Shown here one piece after another: positions 1 through 8,351 of a stretch of 64,000 nucleotides of DNA. The DNA comes from Deltaproteobacteria bacterium (GTDB lineage Bacteria > Bdellovibrionota_B > Oligoflexia > Oligoflexales > Bog-1112), in the NCBI GenBank assembly GCA_947466225.1, contig CANIBL010000005.1, positions 2,666 to 66,665 on the forward strand. The letters are read 5' to 3'. The first letter of the stretch is position 1, and each line of letters begins with the position of its first letter. Position numbers and translations under genes: made by a program. The notes beneath the pieces were generated by a model, which made no database searches, was not told the origin of the DNA, and worked only from the letters and a program-made list of their open reading frames with translations.

Positions 1-1296
1 AATAACGGGATTTATACTCAGGGTTTTTCCACTCAAGATGGAACCTATTTGCTGGAAAAAAATCAAGATGGAATCTCCACGTTTCTCGTGGAGGAGAAAA
101 AAATCCGATTGGTATCTGTTTTACATGCATTTCCTTTGTCTACAAATTCTCCTGCAAAAGAAGGTGCAGATTCGCTTCATATGGTTATGCAATCAGGGAC
201 TCCTTACTTATTTGGAAAAGAAGAGGGTCATTTTTATACCTATGTGTTCTTTAAAAATACATGGGAGCTACTGGTTCGTTATAAAGCATCTGATTCTAAG
301 GATGGGTTTGGTTCTATAAAAAAAGAAAATTCATATAGTTTTTCTTTTCAAGATCAAATTCATTTGGCTATTGCTGGAGATAAATATCTTGTTACTTTTC
401 ATTTTGAGAAAAATCGGTGGAGAAAAATTTCTCGAGTTGAAGTGGATGAAAAAGTTTTTTTGCATAAAGATATGCATTTTCTTCCTATTTCTACTTACAA
501 ATCAAATTTTGTTAAAATTAATACGCCGTTCGACCCCACTAAATTTCAGCCAGTTTTAGCAGGCGCTTATCTAAAAAAAACGGTGAGTGTTGGTTTCTCA
601 CTGTCAAAAAATAATTATGAGATGGATCAAGAGAAATATGAGCTTTTACTGCGAAAATCAAATCGCTACAGATTTATTGGAACATCAAAAAACCCAAGTG
701 GATATTTAGGGTCTGGGCAGCAGGGGGATGTTTTTATGGTTCAAGATGTAGTTGAAAATATGGTGTATGCAGCTAAATTTATAAGAGATCAGGAGCAGGG
801 CCAAGACTTCTATGAAATTGATGCTAATTTAGCAGACGATGTTTCTTTTTATATGGATTTTTTATATAGAGTAAAAACGGAGAGTAAGTTTGTGCTTGTT
901 AAGACATATATTCCTGGGGATACATTATACTCGCTTATTTGGTCAGGAAAATTATTTTCATCAGATGAAGGAGTGGAAATGAGAAAAGAGCTGTTTCTTT
1001 TTATAAGAAAGCAGCTTGATCAGAAAATTTTATTTGAAGATATGAATGCTAGTAATATTGTTTTTAATTCAACGATAAGAAAATGGGTTGTACTTGACGG
1101 AAGCGGTGTGAAATCTTGTCCCTCAAAAGAGGAGTGTCTGGAATATTTTGAAAATCATTATGCAATGCAATCCCCCGGTTTTCGTTGGTTGTATTGGGGA
1201 GCTTCCAATGGAAAAAGTAAAGAAATGAAAAAAATAATGAATCCGCAGATAGTCTCTTTTCTGCTTCAACTTGTAGAAGAATTAAAGCATGAGTAA
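1..1296 (+). CDS. Protein-kinase-like domain protein (atypical), 5'-truncated by the window edge
   Basis: Frame 1 is open from nt 1 (the listed start is TTG 49, so the gene probably begins upstream); stop TAA 1294-1296. The C-terminal half has kinase-like motifs in the expected order: GSGQQGDVFMV..YAAKF (Gly loop + Lys), LVKTYIPGDTLY (hinge-like), ILFEDMNASNIVF (catalytic-loop D and N kept, HRD->FED), VLDGSG (DFG->DGS). Confidence 0.65.
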   Translation, partial: NNGIYTQGFSTQDGTYLLEKNQDGISTFLVEEKKIRLVSVLHAFPLSTNSPAKEGADSLHMVMQSGTPYLFGKEEGHFYTYVFFKNTWELLVRYKASDSKDGFGSIKKENSYSFSFQDQIHLAIAGDKYLVTFHFEKNRWRKISRVEVDEKVFLHKDMHFLPISTYKSNFVKINTPFDPTKFQPVLAGAYLKKTVSVGFSLSKNNYEMDQEKYELLLRKSNRYRFIGTSKNPSGYLGSGQQGDVFMVQDVVENMVYAAKFIRDQEQGQDFYEIDANLADDVSFYMDFLYRVKTESKFVLVKTYIPGDTLYSLIWSGKLFSSDEGVEMRKELFLFIRKQLDQKILFEDMNASNIVFNSTIRKWVVLDGSGVKSCPSKEECLEYFENHYAMQSPGFRWLYWGASNGKSKEMKKIMNPQIVSFLLQLVEELKHE

Positions 1297-1501
1297 AATT
1301 TAGGAGTTTTAATTATGTATAAAATGGAATGGAAAGACTGGAGAAACATACCGATTTAAATCATTTTTAGTAAATGAGGCTAGTGAGTTTCGAGATTTTG
1401 ATCGAATGAATGGAGATCCTACTGTTCGGTGGTTAAATTGGCGGCCCATTTTTCAATGGATTGAGAAGGTTTATCTGCAACATTGACAGCGGGGGAATAA
1501 A

Positions 1502-1951
1502 ATGGGATTTATGTATGGAGTATATCTAGTTCTTCTAACGCCAATGTTATCTTCTTGTCGGAAAAATTCGATGGAAGAACCAGTTGAGTTGCATAATGAA
1601 GAATACGAAAAAATAAATAAAGAAAATATGGAAAATATTTCTTTATTAGAGAAAAAAATTTCAGATGCTAAGCTTGAGTTGGATCAATCTTATGCTGTAA
1701 AAATGGGGAAAATTCTGGATGCAGTTATACCTGGCGACGTGTGGAGCAAATTTAAAGATCATTATCATTCAGATTTGTTTCTTTTCCATCAAAACCAGTT
1801 TTCTGATACTTTGTTAAATAAAACCGTTGTAATTGGTTCGATATCTGATGCTGAGGTGTTTGAATTTCCTGATGAGAAATTTTCTTCTGCTGTGGAAAAA
1901 GAAAAGTCTACTTCGAGTATGAAAGAATATGGATTTTCCTTATCGGGTTGA
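1502..1951 (+). CDS. Small lipoprotein, function unknown
   Basis: ATG preceded by GGGGGA. N-terminus MGFMYGVYLVLLTPMLSSC has a hydrophobic core plus a lipobox-like LSSC. Its stop overlaps the next start. Confidence 0.6.
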   Translation: MGFMYGVYLVLLTPMLSSCRKNSMEEPVELHNEEYEKINKENMENISLLEKKISDAKLELDQSYAVKMGKILDAVIPGDVWSKFKDHYHSDLFLFHQNQFSDTLLNKTVVIGSISDAEVFEFPDEKFSSAVEKEKSTSSMKEYGFSLSG

Positions 1952-2808
1952 TTTATGGGGGAAAATCGATAAAGAGTGTGTATGGAATAAAAAAGCTTGA
2001 ATTTAAAGAAAATAAATCAGAGCTTCAAATTTTAGAAGAAATGAAGTTATTCGAAAATGCCGTTTTTTCTGTCTTGGTTGAAGCTGCGAAAGAGGGTCCT
2101 CAGAATATTGTCATAGGACCACTAAGTACAAATGAGGGAGTCTACTCTTTTGAGCAAAATGAAATGATGTATATGTATCTTGTGCGAGCTTTGCTTCGAT
2201 TTGTGGGCGAAACGGATGGTCCGTATCCAATCTTGATGCCGTATAACTGGGTTCAAATTAGAGCTGCAGTCGACCGATTGATTTCTGTTGTGTTTACTAA
2301 TTACTATGAGGGGGTTGAAGAGGGGCTTCCTCCTGTCAACTGTTTTACTCCGAATGAAAATTTTCAACTGCCCTATTTGCATTTTGATCGGGAGATGTTG
2401 TTTGGCTCTACCTATCGGTATGAATTTTCAGGAAAAACAACAAAAATCCTGAGTGAGAAAGAGGCCCGGAAGTATATTGTTACAGTTCAATCGGATGGGA
2501 AATTTTACGATGTCGATATGAATTTACTTGAGGAAACAGGAAAATATGTATTTAAATCGAATGGTTGTATTTACTGGAAGAAAGAGGAGCCGCAATATAT
2601 AAGTCATGTGGGCTTAACACGGGGGAAAAAAATACTATCTGGAGGATGGATGAAGTTTGTGCATGGGAAAATTACCTGTGTAAGTCGTGCAACAGGGCAT
2701 TATAGAGCAAATGAAGAGAATGTAGATATTGTGGTAAAGTATCTTCAGAGGCGAAGTATTGATATGACAAATGTGAAGATAGGAGGGCCAAATAGTCAAT
2801 GCCGTTAA
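1948..2808 (+). CDS. Hypothetical protein (286 aa)
   Basis: Long ORF with a TTG start overlapping the upstream TGA (translational coupling). I recognise no motif. Confidence 0.55.
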   Translation: MIYGGKSIKSVYGIKKLEFKENKSELQILEEMKLFENAVFSVLVEAAKEGPQNIVIGPLSTNEGVYSFEQNEMMYMYLVRALLRFVGETDGPYPILMPYNWVQIRAAVDRLISVVFTNYYEGVEEGLPPVNCFTPNENFQLPYLHFDREMLFGSTYRYEFSGKTTKILSEKEARKYIVTVQSDGKFYDVDMNLLEETGKYVFKSNGCIYWKKEEPQYISHVGLTRGKKILSGGWMKFVHGKITCVSRATGHYRANEENVDIVVKYLQRRSIDMTNVKIGGPNSQCR

Positions 2809-4595
2809 TGTACTTTTCGTATGATGGATTCCTCATATATTTCTGTGATTTTCTCTATTGCCCCACCGCTTGCCAGCCAGTCATATTTTTTGGCCTCTTC
2901 TATCAAGCGTTGACTGACGAAATTTTTTGTTTCTAATGAAAGCTTATAGTAAGTAAAAGCTTTCTGAATAGAAATACTTATGCGCGCTTGGATGCTCTCC
3001 CTGCCCGCCACAGTTCGATATTCGTTCGAATCTTCGTTGTAGTTAAAAGAGTTTCCTTGTGCTGTGTCATCAAGTGCCAGCTCCTGCATGGTGTCTTGCA
3101 GTCCACTGATGCGAGATGTGATGGGTATTGATCCAAGAGAAAGAAACTCCAGCGGTACAAGCCCAAAAGCCTCTTCATGAGAAGGCACCAGGGCAAAGTC
3201 GGAGGCGGCTCTGATGAGCATCCCGAGATTTTTAGGCCCGAATTGCTCCTCTTTAGGAGCTCCCTTCATGATGTAGATGTTTTTATGACTCGCATATTTC
3301 TTGTGCAATGCCTGCATAATGCCCTCAGCCTCTGAAAATCCTTTGACCCCCATAATGATGCAATTGCCGTGATTTTTGTTGATTTCTTCTAGCATGGGAT
3401 CGAGAAAATCGATGCCCTTTTCTACTGCATATCGACCTACGAAGACAAATAACGGACGTGTTGGATCTTGGATAAGTCCAAGTGAGGCAAGGTGATTTTT
3501 TATCTTTTGTTTGCTATGTACGATGTCCGAAGTGAATTGAAAATTTTCTTTGGAGGTACTGGTTTGCAATCGCGTGGGGGCAAAAGGATTGTACTCTTCA
3601 TAAGAGATCCCATTTGGGAGCAAAAAAAGTCGAGTTTTGTGAAAATCAGGGCGATAGAGCGCGGTGTAGCTTGCCTGAAGCCCAAAATTCTTCCGAGGAT
3701 TTGAGGATAATCCATCTTGAATCATAGTATTTGAGATTGCGATAGAGGCATCGGCATATTTCATACCGAGTTTCATCATGTTGATCGGTTCTTTGTTGAA
3801 AGTAAAGTTGGAAAAGCCCCCTTGGTCTTGATTGAGACTATGAAGATGAAAGAGTTGAGGAGGGGAGTTGGGAAAAAATTTTTTGGTAATGGCAGGAGTT
3901 AGGGCAAAAAAATAGGAGTGAAAGTGGGCGATGTCAAAGAAGAATCTGTGATGTTGGTTGCGAAAATGGTACAGCAAGGCAGCGGCGGCAGACCCGCAGT
4001 AGAGTTGACGATTGGCATAGTCAACGCCTGCATGATTGGGGAGAAATAGGGTTTGATAGGAATTGGGCTCAAGATCAAAAAAGTGAGGCAGTCGAGGATC
4101 TGCCTGTAATAAAATAACGTGAATGGGCTTTCCTTTTACCATTTCTTCGCCAAGAAACAGCTTAGAATGCACCGGATGACCATTATAGATGTGAGTAAGC
4201 GTACCCAAAAATTCGCTTTTTGTGGTTGTGCCGGTGAAATATGGGAACAAGACAAAAGGCACGATATGGTGATGGGGTGGCATTTGAGTGGATGACAAAG
4301 CGGCTACCATGCCGTTTACCACATATCCCACCCCGCCCCAGGTAAATTTTCCAAATTCTGGAGAACCGATAAGTACACGAAATTCGTTTTCGGGTGGAGA
4401 GGATATTTTTGCAAATACGCTTTCATTTGGGGTGAATTTACTGAGAGAGGGAAAATCGACCATCGTGGTGGCAAGATCAAGTTTTTTTTCCATATTGTAC
4501 AGTGCAATATTATCGCCAAAAGAAGCATCCCGACGAATCGAACCACAGGCAGATAGCATGCCGAAAAGAAAAAGATAGAATGTAAGCAATCTCAT
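2805..4595 (-). CDS. Glycogen/starch-synthase-like glycosyltransferase (GT5/GT-B) with an N-terminal lipoprotein-type signal
   Basis: Collinear with GlgA motifs: FGKFTWGGVGYVVNGMVAAL (KTGGL region), IAHFHSYFFALTP (HxHDW region), FVFVGRYAVEKGIDFL (RLxxQKG), LVPSHEEAFGLVPLEFLSLGSIPITSRISGLQDT (PSRFEPCGL...GGLxDT). N-terminus MRLLTFYLFLFGMLSACGS. Confidence 0.8.
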   Translation of the reverse strand: MRLLTFYLFLFGMLSACGSIRRDASFGDNIALYNMEKKLDLATTMVDFPSLSKFTPNESVFAKISSPPENEFRVLIGSPEFGKFTWGGVGYVVNGMVAALSSTQMPPHHHIVPFVLFPYFTGTTTKSEFLGTLTHIYNGHPVHSKLFLGEEMVKGKPIHVILLQADPRLPHFFDLEPNSYQTLFLPNHAGVDYANRQLYCGSAAAALLYHFRNQHHRFFFDIAHFHSYFFALTPAITKKFFPNSPPQLFHLHSLNQDQGGFSNFTFNKEPINMMKLGMKYADASIAISNTMIQDGLSSNPRKNFGLQASYTALYRPDFHKTRLFLLPNGISYEEYNPFAPTRLQTSTSKENFQFTSDIVHSKQKIKNHLASLGLIQDPTRPLFVFVGRYAVEKGIDFLDPMLEEINKNHGNCIIMGVKGFSEAEGIMQALHKKYASHKNIYIMKGAPKEEQFGPKNLGMLIRAASDFALVPSHEEAFGLVPLEFLSLGSIPITSRISGLQDTMQELALDDTAQGNSFNYNEDSNEYRTVAGRESIQARISISIQKAFTYYKLSLETKNFVSQRLIEEAKKYDWLASGGAIEKITEIYEESIIRKVH

Positions 4596-5794
4596 ACAAA
4601 AAATCCTTCATGCAGTTGCTGGATACATACGGTAGCCGCTTCAGATTTTACCCCAATGTGCATCACACCTTGTTGCATTTCGAGTAGCAACAAATTTTCC
4701 CCTAGTAGACTTGTTATTGTGTCCAGTAAAGGATGATTTTGAGAAAAACCTCTGCCAACAAGGGATAGAATATGAAGTGGGAGGGAGCTTTTTTGTAGTA
4801 CCTGCTGGCAATGTGCGACCAAAAAATCGAGATAGGCTTGACTGTGGAAGGCACTTAGGGTGACTTGAAGCTCCGATTGGAGCCCTTTTTTCTGCAAATT
4901 CCATAATAGTGGTGTGTCCCCTCGATTGCAGAGCCATTCATATAGGGGTTGAATCGAGGCAGCACCGGGGGAAAATGTGAGCAAAAGATCGAGATATATT
5001 TGATCTTTTTTATCTGTAAGAGCTATGAAATGAGGGGTTTCCATGGTGGTGCTATGTCCTTCAATAAGGGTGCCGGGCTGAGTGGGAGCCAAGCTGGAGC
5101 GAATATGAATGGGAATCTCGTACTTGCATGCCATATTGGCAGCTCGGTCGTGTAAAACCTGTGCACCGGATCCACTGAGTGTACAAGCTGCTTCCCAGCT
5201 AAGGCGAGGTATATGTTGTGCCTTTGGAATGACCCGAGGATCAGCTGTATAAATGCCCTCCACGTCTTTATAGATTTCACACCGATCGGCTCGTAAAGTA
5301 GCAGCAAGTGCTACAGCCGTGAGGTCAGAGCCCCCTCGTCCCAGGGTTGTTACCTCTTTAGTTTGGGGATCAACGCCTTGAAAGCCAGCTACTACCACGA
5401 TTCGGTTAGATTCTAGGCTTTTGCGAATGCGATCGCCGAGAATACGATGAATTTTGGCATTTCCATGGGTGGCATCGGTTAAGATGCCAATTTGAGACCC
5501 CGTGAAAGAAATGGCATGTAACCCCTCTTTTTCCAAGGCCATTGCGAGGAGGGCCGCAGTCATGCGCTCTCCTGCCGTGAGGAGCATGTCCATCTCTCGG
5601 CGTGGTGGGTCCGGGTGTAGGTGGGCTGCAGCTTCTACCCATTCATCGGTAAAGCTTCCCATGGCACTTACCACGACAATGACTTGGGTTGGAGGCTGTA
5701 TGGTGGAACGAATATAGCGTGCCACTTGCTGGATACGATCTACTGTGGCGATGGATGTACCGCCATATTTCTGCACGATCAAAGCGGGAGGCAC
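4592..5794 (-). CDS. lysC: Aspartate kinase
   Basis: GTG start with AGGAGA 8 nt upstream. Motifs KYGGTSI, VVVSAMGSFTD, GRGGSDLTA, plus C-terminal ACT-like regions. Confidence 0.9.
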   Translation of the reverse strand: MPPALIVQKYGGTSIATVDRIQQVARYIRSTIQPPTQVIVVVSAMGSFTDEWVEAAAHLHPDPPRREMDMLLTAGERMTAALLAMALEKEGLHAISFTGSQIGILTDATHGNAKIHRILGDRIRKSLESNRIVVVAGFQGVDPQTKEVTTLGRGGSDLTAVALAATLRADRCEIYKDVEGIYTADPRVIPKAQHIPRLSWEAACTLSGSGAQVLHDRAANMACKYEIPIHIRSSLAPTQPGTLIEGHSTTMETPHFIALTDKKDQIYLDLLLTFSPGAASIQPLYEWLCNRGDTPLLWNLQKKGLQSELQVTLSAFHSQAYLDFLVAHCQQVLQKSSLPLHILSLVGRGFSQNHPLLDTITSLLGENLLLLEMQQGVMHIGVKSEAATVCIQQLHEGFFV

Positions 5795-5895
5795 GACGGG
5801 ATTCTCCTGGTGATGAAACGCAAATGTCTATCATACAAAAAGTAGGGTGGGTATGATGAGTACAGTGCGGCTAGTATACTCACTCTGATGGGGAT

Positions 5896-5940
5896 TGTCT
5901 CGAGGGAGATCCCCGACGGCCTTCGGCCTGGGGATGACGG
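5896..5940 (+). repeat. REP-like palindromic element, copy A
   Basis: TCTCGAGGGAGATCCCCGACGGCCTTCGGCCTGGGGATGACGG. It shares the TCGAGGGAGAT core and the CCCC..GGCC-loop-GGCC..GGGG hairpin with copies at 9610, 30534 and 45115. Confidence 0.7.
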
Positions 5941-5992
5941 AATGGCTGAGGCCTGGGGATGACGGAATGGCTGAGGCCTGGGGATGACGGAA
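5926..5992. repeat. 25-bp tandem repeat, 2.7 copies (GCCTGGGGATGACGGAATGGCTGAG)
   Basis: Units at 5926-5950 and 5951-5975 are identical; a partial third unit spans 5976-5992. It lies in the divergent lysC / MBL-hydrolase intergenic region. Confidence 0.95.
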
Positions 5993-6009
5993 ATAAGAAA
6001 GGATGCCTT

Positions 6010-6819
6010 GTGAGTTTTTCCTTACGAGTTCGGATATTAGGGTGCGGAACTTCTACCGGGGTACCGATTATTGGGTGCAGTTGCCGGGTATGCCAAAGTG
6101 TAGAGCCCAAAAATGCCCGATTGCGCTCTTCCCTTTTGGTTGAGGTACAGTCTCCGACGCTTCGGTTTGTAATCGATACAACCCCAGAGTTTCGGATCCA
6201 GATGCTGCGAGAACGAGTCTCTCACTTGGATGGGGTACTGATGACCCATACCCATGCTGATCACTGCCATGGATTTGATGATCTGCGGGCGTTTTACTTT
6301 TGGCACCCGCGGGCCATGCCGGTGTACATGTCTCATGAACATGTGCGGGATTTTCAGCGCCGGTTTCCCTATTTATTCCAAAAAACTGGGTATTTGGGCA
6401 CGGTGGCCTCCGTGGCGTTGCACACCTTGTCTCAAGAGGCCTTCCGAGTGGAGGGGGTGACCATTGAGCACGCAGAGCTGCCTCATGGTTCGACTGTGTC
6501 TACGGCGTATCGCATCGGGTCTTTTGCCTATGCCACAGATTTTCAGTATGTACCGGAGGCGGTTATCGAGCGATGGAAAGGGAAAATTCATACGATGGTT
6601 GCAAGTGGATTGCGGTTTCATCCCCACCCTACCCATTCCAGCATCCCAGAAACCATTGAATTGTTTCGTCGATTGGGCGTCAAGCGGGGAATCTTGTCCC
6701 ATTTGACCCATGACGTAGACTATGTTCGAGATTCGGTTGGATTACCCTCGGGGGTAGAGTTGGCCTACGATGGCATGGTGCTAGATGTGCTACCGCTTGC
6801 TGGGGGGGCAATTGCGTGA
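6010..6819 (+). CDS. MBL-fold metallo-hydrolase (PhnP-like)
   Basis: THTHADHCHGFDDL (HxHxDH motif) and N-terminal ILGCGTSTGVP. Start chosen at GTG 6010 (AAAGGA 6 nt upstream) because the listed ATG 5959 lies inside the tandem repeat. Confidence 0.8.
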   Translation: MSFSLRVRILGCGTSTGVPIIGCSCRVCQSVEPKNARLRSSLLVEVQSPTLRFVIDTTPEFRIQMLRERVSHLDGVLMTHTHADHCHGFDDLRAFYFWHPRAMPVYMSHEHVRDFQRRFPYLFQKTGYLGTVASVALHTLSQEAFRVEGVTIEHAELPHGSTVSTAYRIGSFAYATDFQYVPEAVIERWKGKIHTMVASGLRFHPHPTHSSIPETIELFRRLGVKRGILSHLTHDVDYVRDSVGLPSGVELAYDGMVLDVLPLAGGAIA

Positions 6820-8324
6820 GATTTTTTACCTCCTCGATGCGAGAGAGTGGCATTCCAATTTCCCTTCGCGTGCTCTTTCTTTCTTTACTCGGCATTGCAG
6901 CCTATTGCAGCGATGGGGTCTTGCATCCGGATGAATATCAGCAAGTCTTGGAGTTCTTTTTTTATAAAAAAGGGGTGCAACAGGACATTTGTTTGCCGTG
7001 GGAGTTTCGGGAACAGATCCGATCTTGGTTGCAGCCCCTCTTCTACTGGGTGGTGAGTATGCCTTTTGGAGGATGGATTTCAACCCCATTGGGATGGACC
7101 CGGTTTTTTCGATTCTTAATGGGCATGATGGGGGGCTGGGGATTTTTATTTTTGAGTCGGCACTACTTGTCTCGTTGGAAAGAGGAGCGTTCTGAAAGAG
7201 GGTTGCAAAAGGTGTATCTAGCCAGTCTCTTTTTTTGTCTATTGCCGTTGTATTTGGTGCGCACCAGCAGCGAAAATTTTGCGGCAATTTTGTTGCTTTT
7301 TCTTATTGGTTTGGTCTTTCGCAATGAGAAAACCGCAGATGTATCCCCTGTGGCGTGGGGATATTATGGGCTTCTTTGTGGGCTCGGGTTTTTAGCGAGG
7401 TATCAATCGGGGATTTGGATTGTCGGGTTTTTTCTTTGGGGTTTATTTCTACACGGGCCGCGCATTTCATGGATAAAGAAGGTTGGATATTTTGCGACCG
7501 CTTTCTTGGGGATGATGCTCGTAGGGTTGTGTCTTGATCGAGTAGGCTATGGGAATTGGGGGTGTGCCCCATGGGGGTATTTTGCGGCAAACATTTTGCA
7601 GGACAAAGCGGCGCAGTGGGGGACTTCTCCTTTTTGGGGCTATATCACGCTATTTATGGATATGGCGCCTCCATTTGGGGGCATGGTATTTTTTGGATCT
7701 CTTGGATTTTTTCTGTTGTTTCCGCGGCATGTGTTGACGTGGATCTTGCTGCCTTATGTTGTGGTACATGCTGCGATTCCCCATAAAGAGTTGCGATTTT
7801 TATTGCCGTTGTTCTATTTTTTCCCGCTTATGGGCGTCGAACTATATCGAAAATGGGCAGGCATTTGCCAGCGAGGCATTATTGCTCATTTCGTTCACGC
7901 TGCCCTTGTTCTGCTTTTGATCTGGAACGGGGTGAAACTCTTTCAGTATGTCTCTCGACCGGTGCAGCGACATTTTTATGTATTGGAAGCGTTGCAACCG
8001 TACTTGCAAAAAGGCCCGGTTCTTCTCTTGGCAGACGAGGCCGATGTTTTTACCTGGCCTGCTATGCCGAGTTTGGATACAAATCTACGGTGGCAGGTGC
8101 AAAAGAAAGAGGATTCTCTGCCCATTCATGTTGAATTCTTTTGGTTTCGCAATCAGAATACAGAAAACACACAGCGCATGAATGGAGAAGTACCCAGAAA
8201 AAATTGTGAGTTTCTGGTCGATCGATATTCTCGATTTCCGGACTGGCTACGGCGCAGTTGGGTCTTTTCTTTCCTCGTGCGCACAGATGTGAACGGGACT
8301 GTGTATCACTGTATGCCGATGTGA
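6816..8324 (+). CDS. Polytopic membrane glycosyltransferase, GT22 (ALG9/PIG-B)-like
   Basis: More than 10 predicted hydrophobic segments. The first loop carries LHPDEYQQVLEFF, resembling the HPDE(x)FQ motif of ALG9-like mannosyltransferases (from memory). Confidence 0.65.
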   Translation: MRFFTSSMRESGIPISLRVLFLSLLGIAAYCSDGVLHPDEYQQVLEFFFYKKGVQQDICLPWEFREQIRSWLQPLFYWVVSMPFGGWISTPLGWTRFFRFLMGMMGGWGFLFLSRHYLSRWKEERSERGLQKVYLASLFFCLLPLYLVRTSSENFAAILLLFLIGLVFRNEKTADVSPVAWGYYGLLCGLGFLARYQSGIWIVGFFLWGLFLHGPRISWIKKVGYFATAFLGMMLVGLCLDRVGYGNWGCAPWGYFAANILQDKAAQWGTSPFWGYITLFMDMAPPFGGMVFFGSLGFFLLFPRHVLTWILLPYVVVHAAIPHKELRFLLPLFYFFPLMGVELYRKWAGICQRGIIAHFVHAALVLLLIWNGVKLFQYVSRPVQRHFYVLEALQPYLQKGPVLLLADEADVFTWPAMPSLDTNLRWQVQKKEDSLPIHVEFFWFRNQNTENTQRMNGEVPRKNCEFLVDRYSRFPDWLRRSWVFSFLVRTDVNGTVYHCMPM

Positions 8325-8351
8325 TCGGTATAGATCAATGCGGGGGATTGT

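Noticed and set aside
5795-5925. Lysine (L-box) riboswitch expected upstream of lysC
   Set aside because: The minus-strand leader is short (SD 8 nt from the GTG) and the upstream sequence shows none of the conserved L-box helices or motifs that I can recognise. The region is occupied by a REP-like element on the other strand.
5926-5992. Tandem 25-mers as a possible mini CRISPR array
   Set aside because: The repeats are directly adjacent with no spacers, and there are no cas genes in the window.
5959-6009. ATG 5959 as the start of the MBL-hydrolase gene
   Set aside because: The first 17 codons would be translated from the tandem repeat. GTG 6010, with AAAGGA upstream, gives the usual short N-terminus before ILGCGTSTG.
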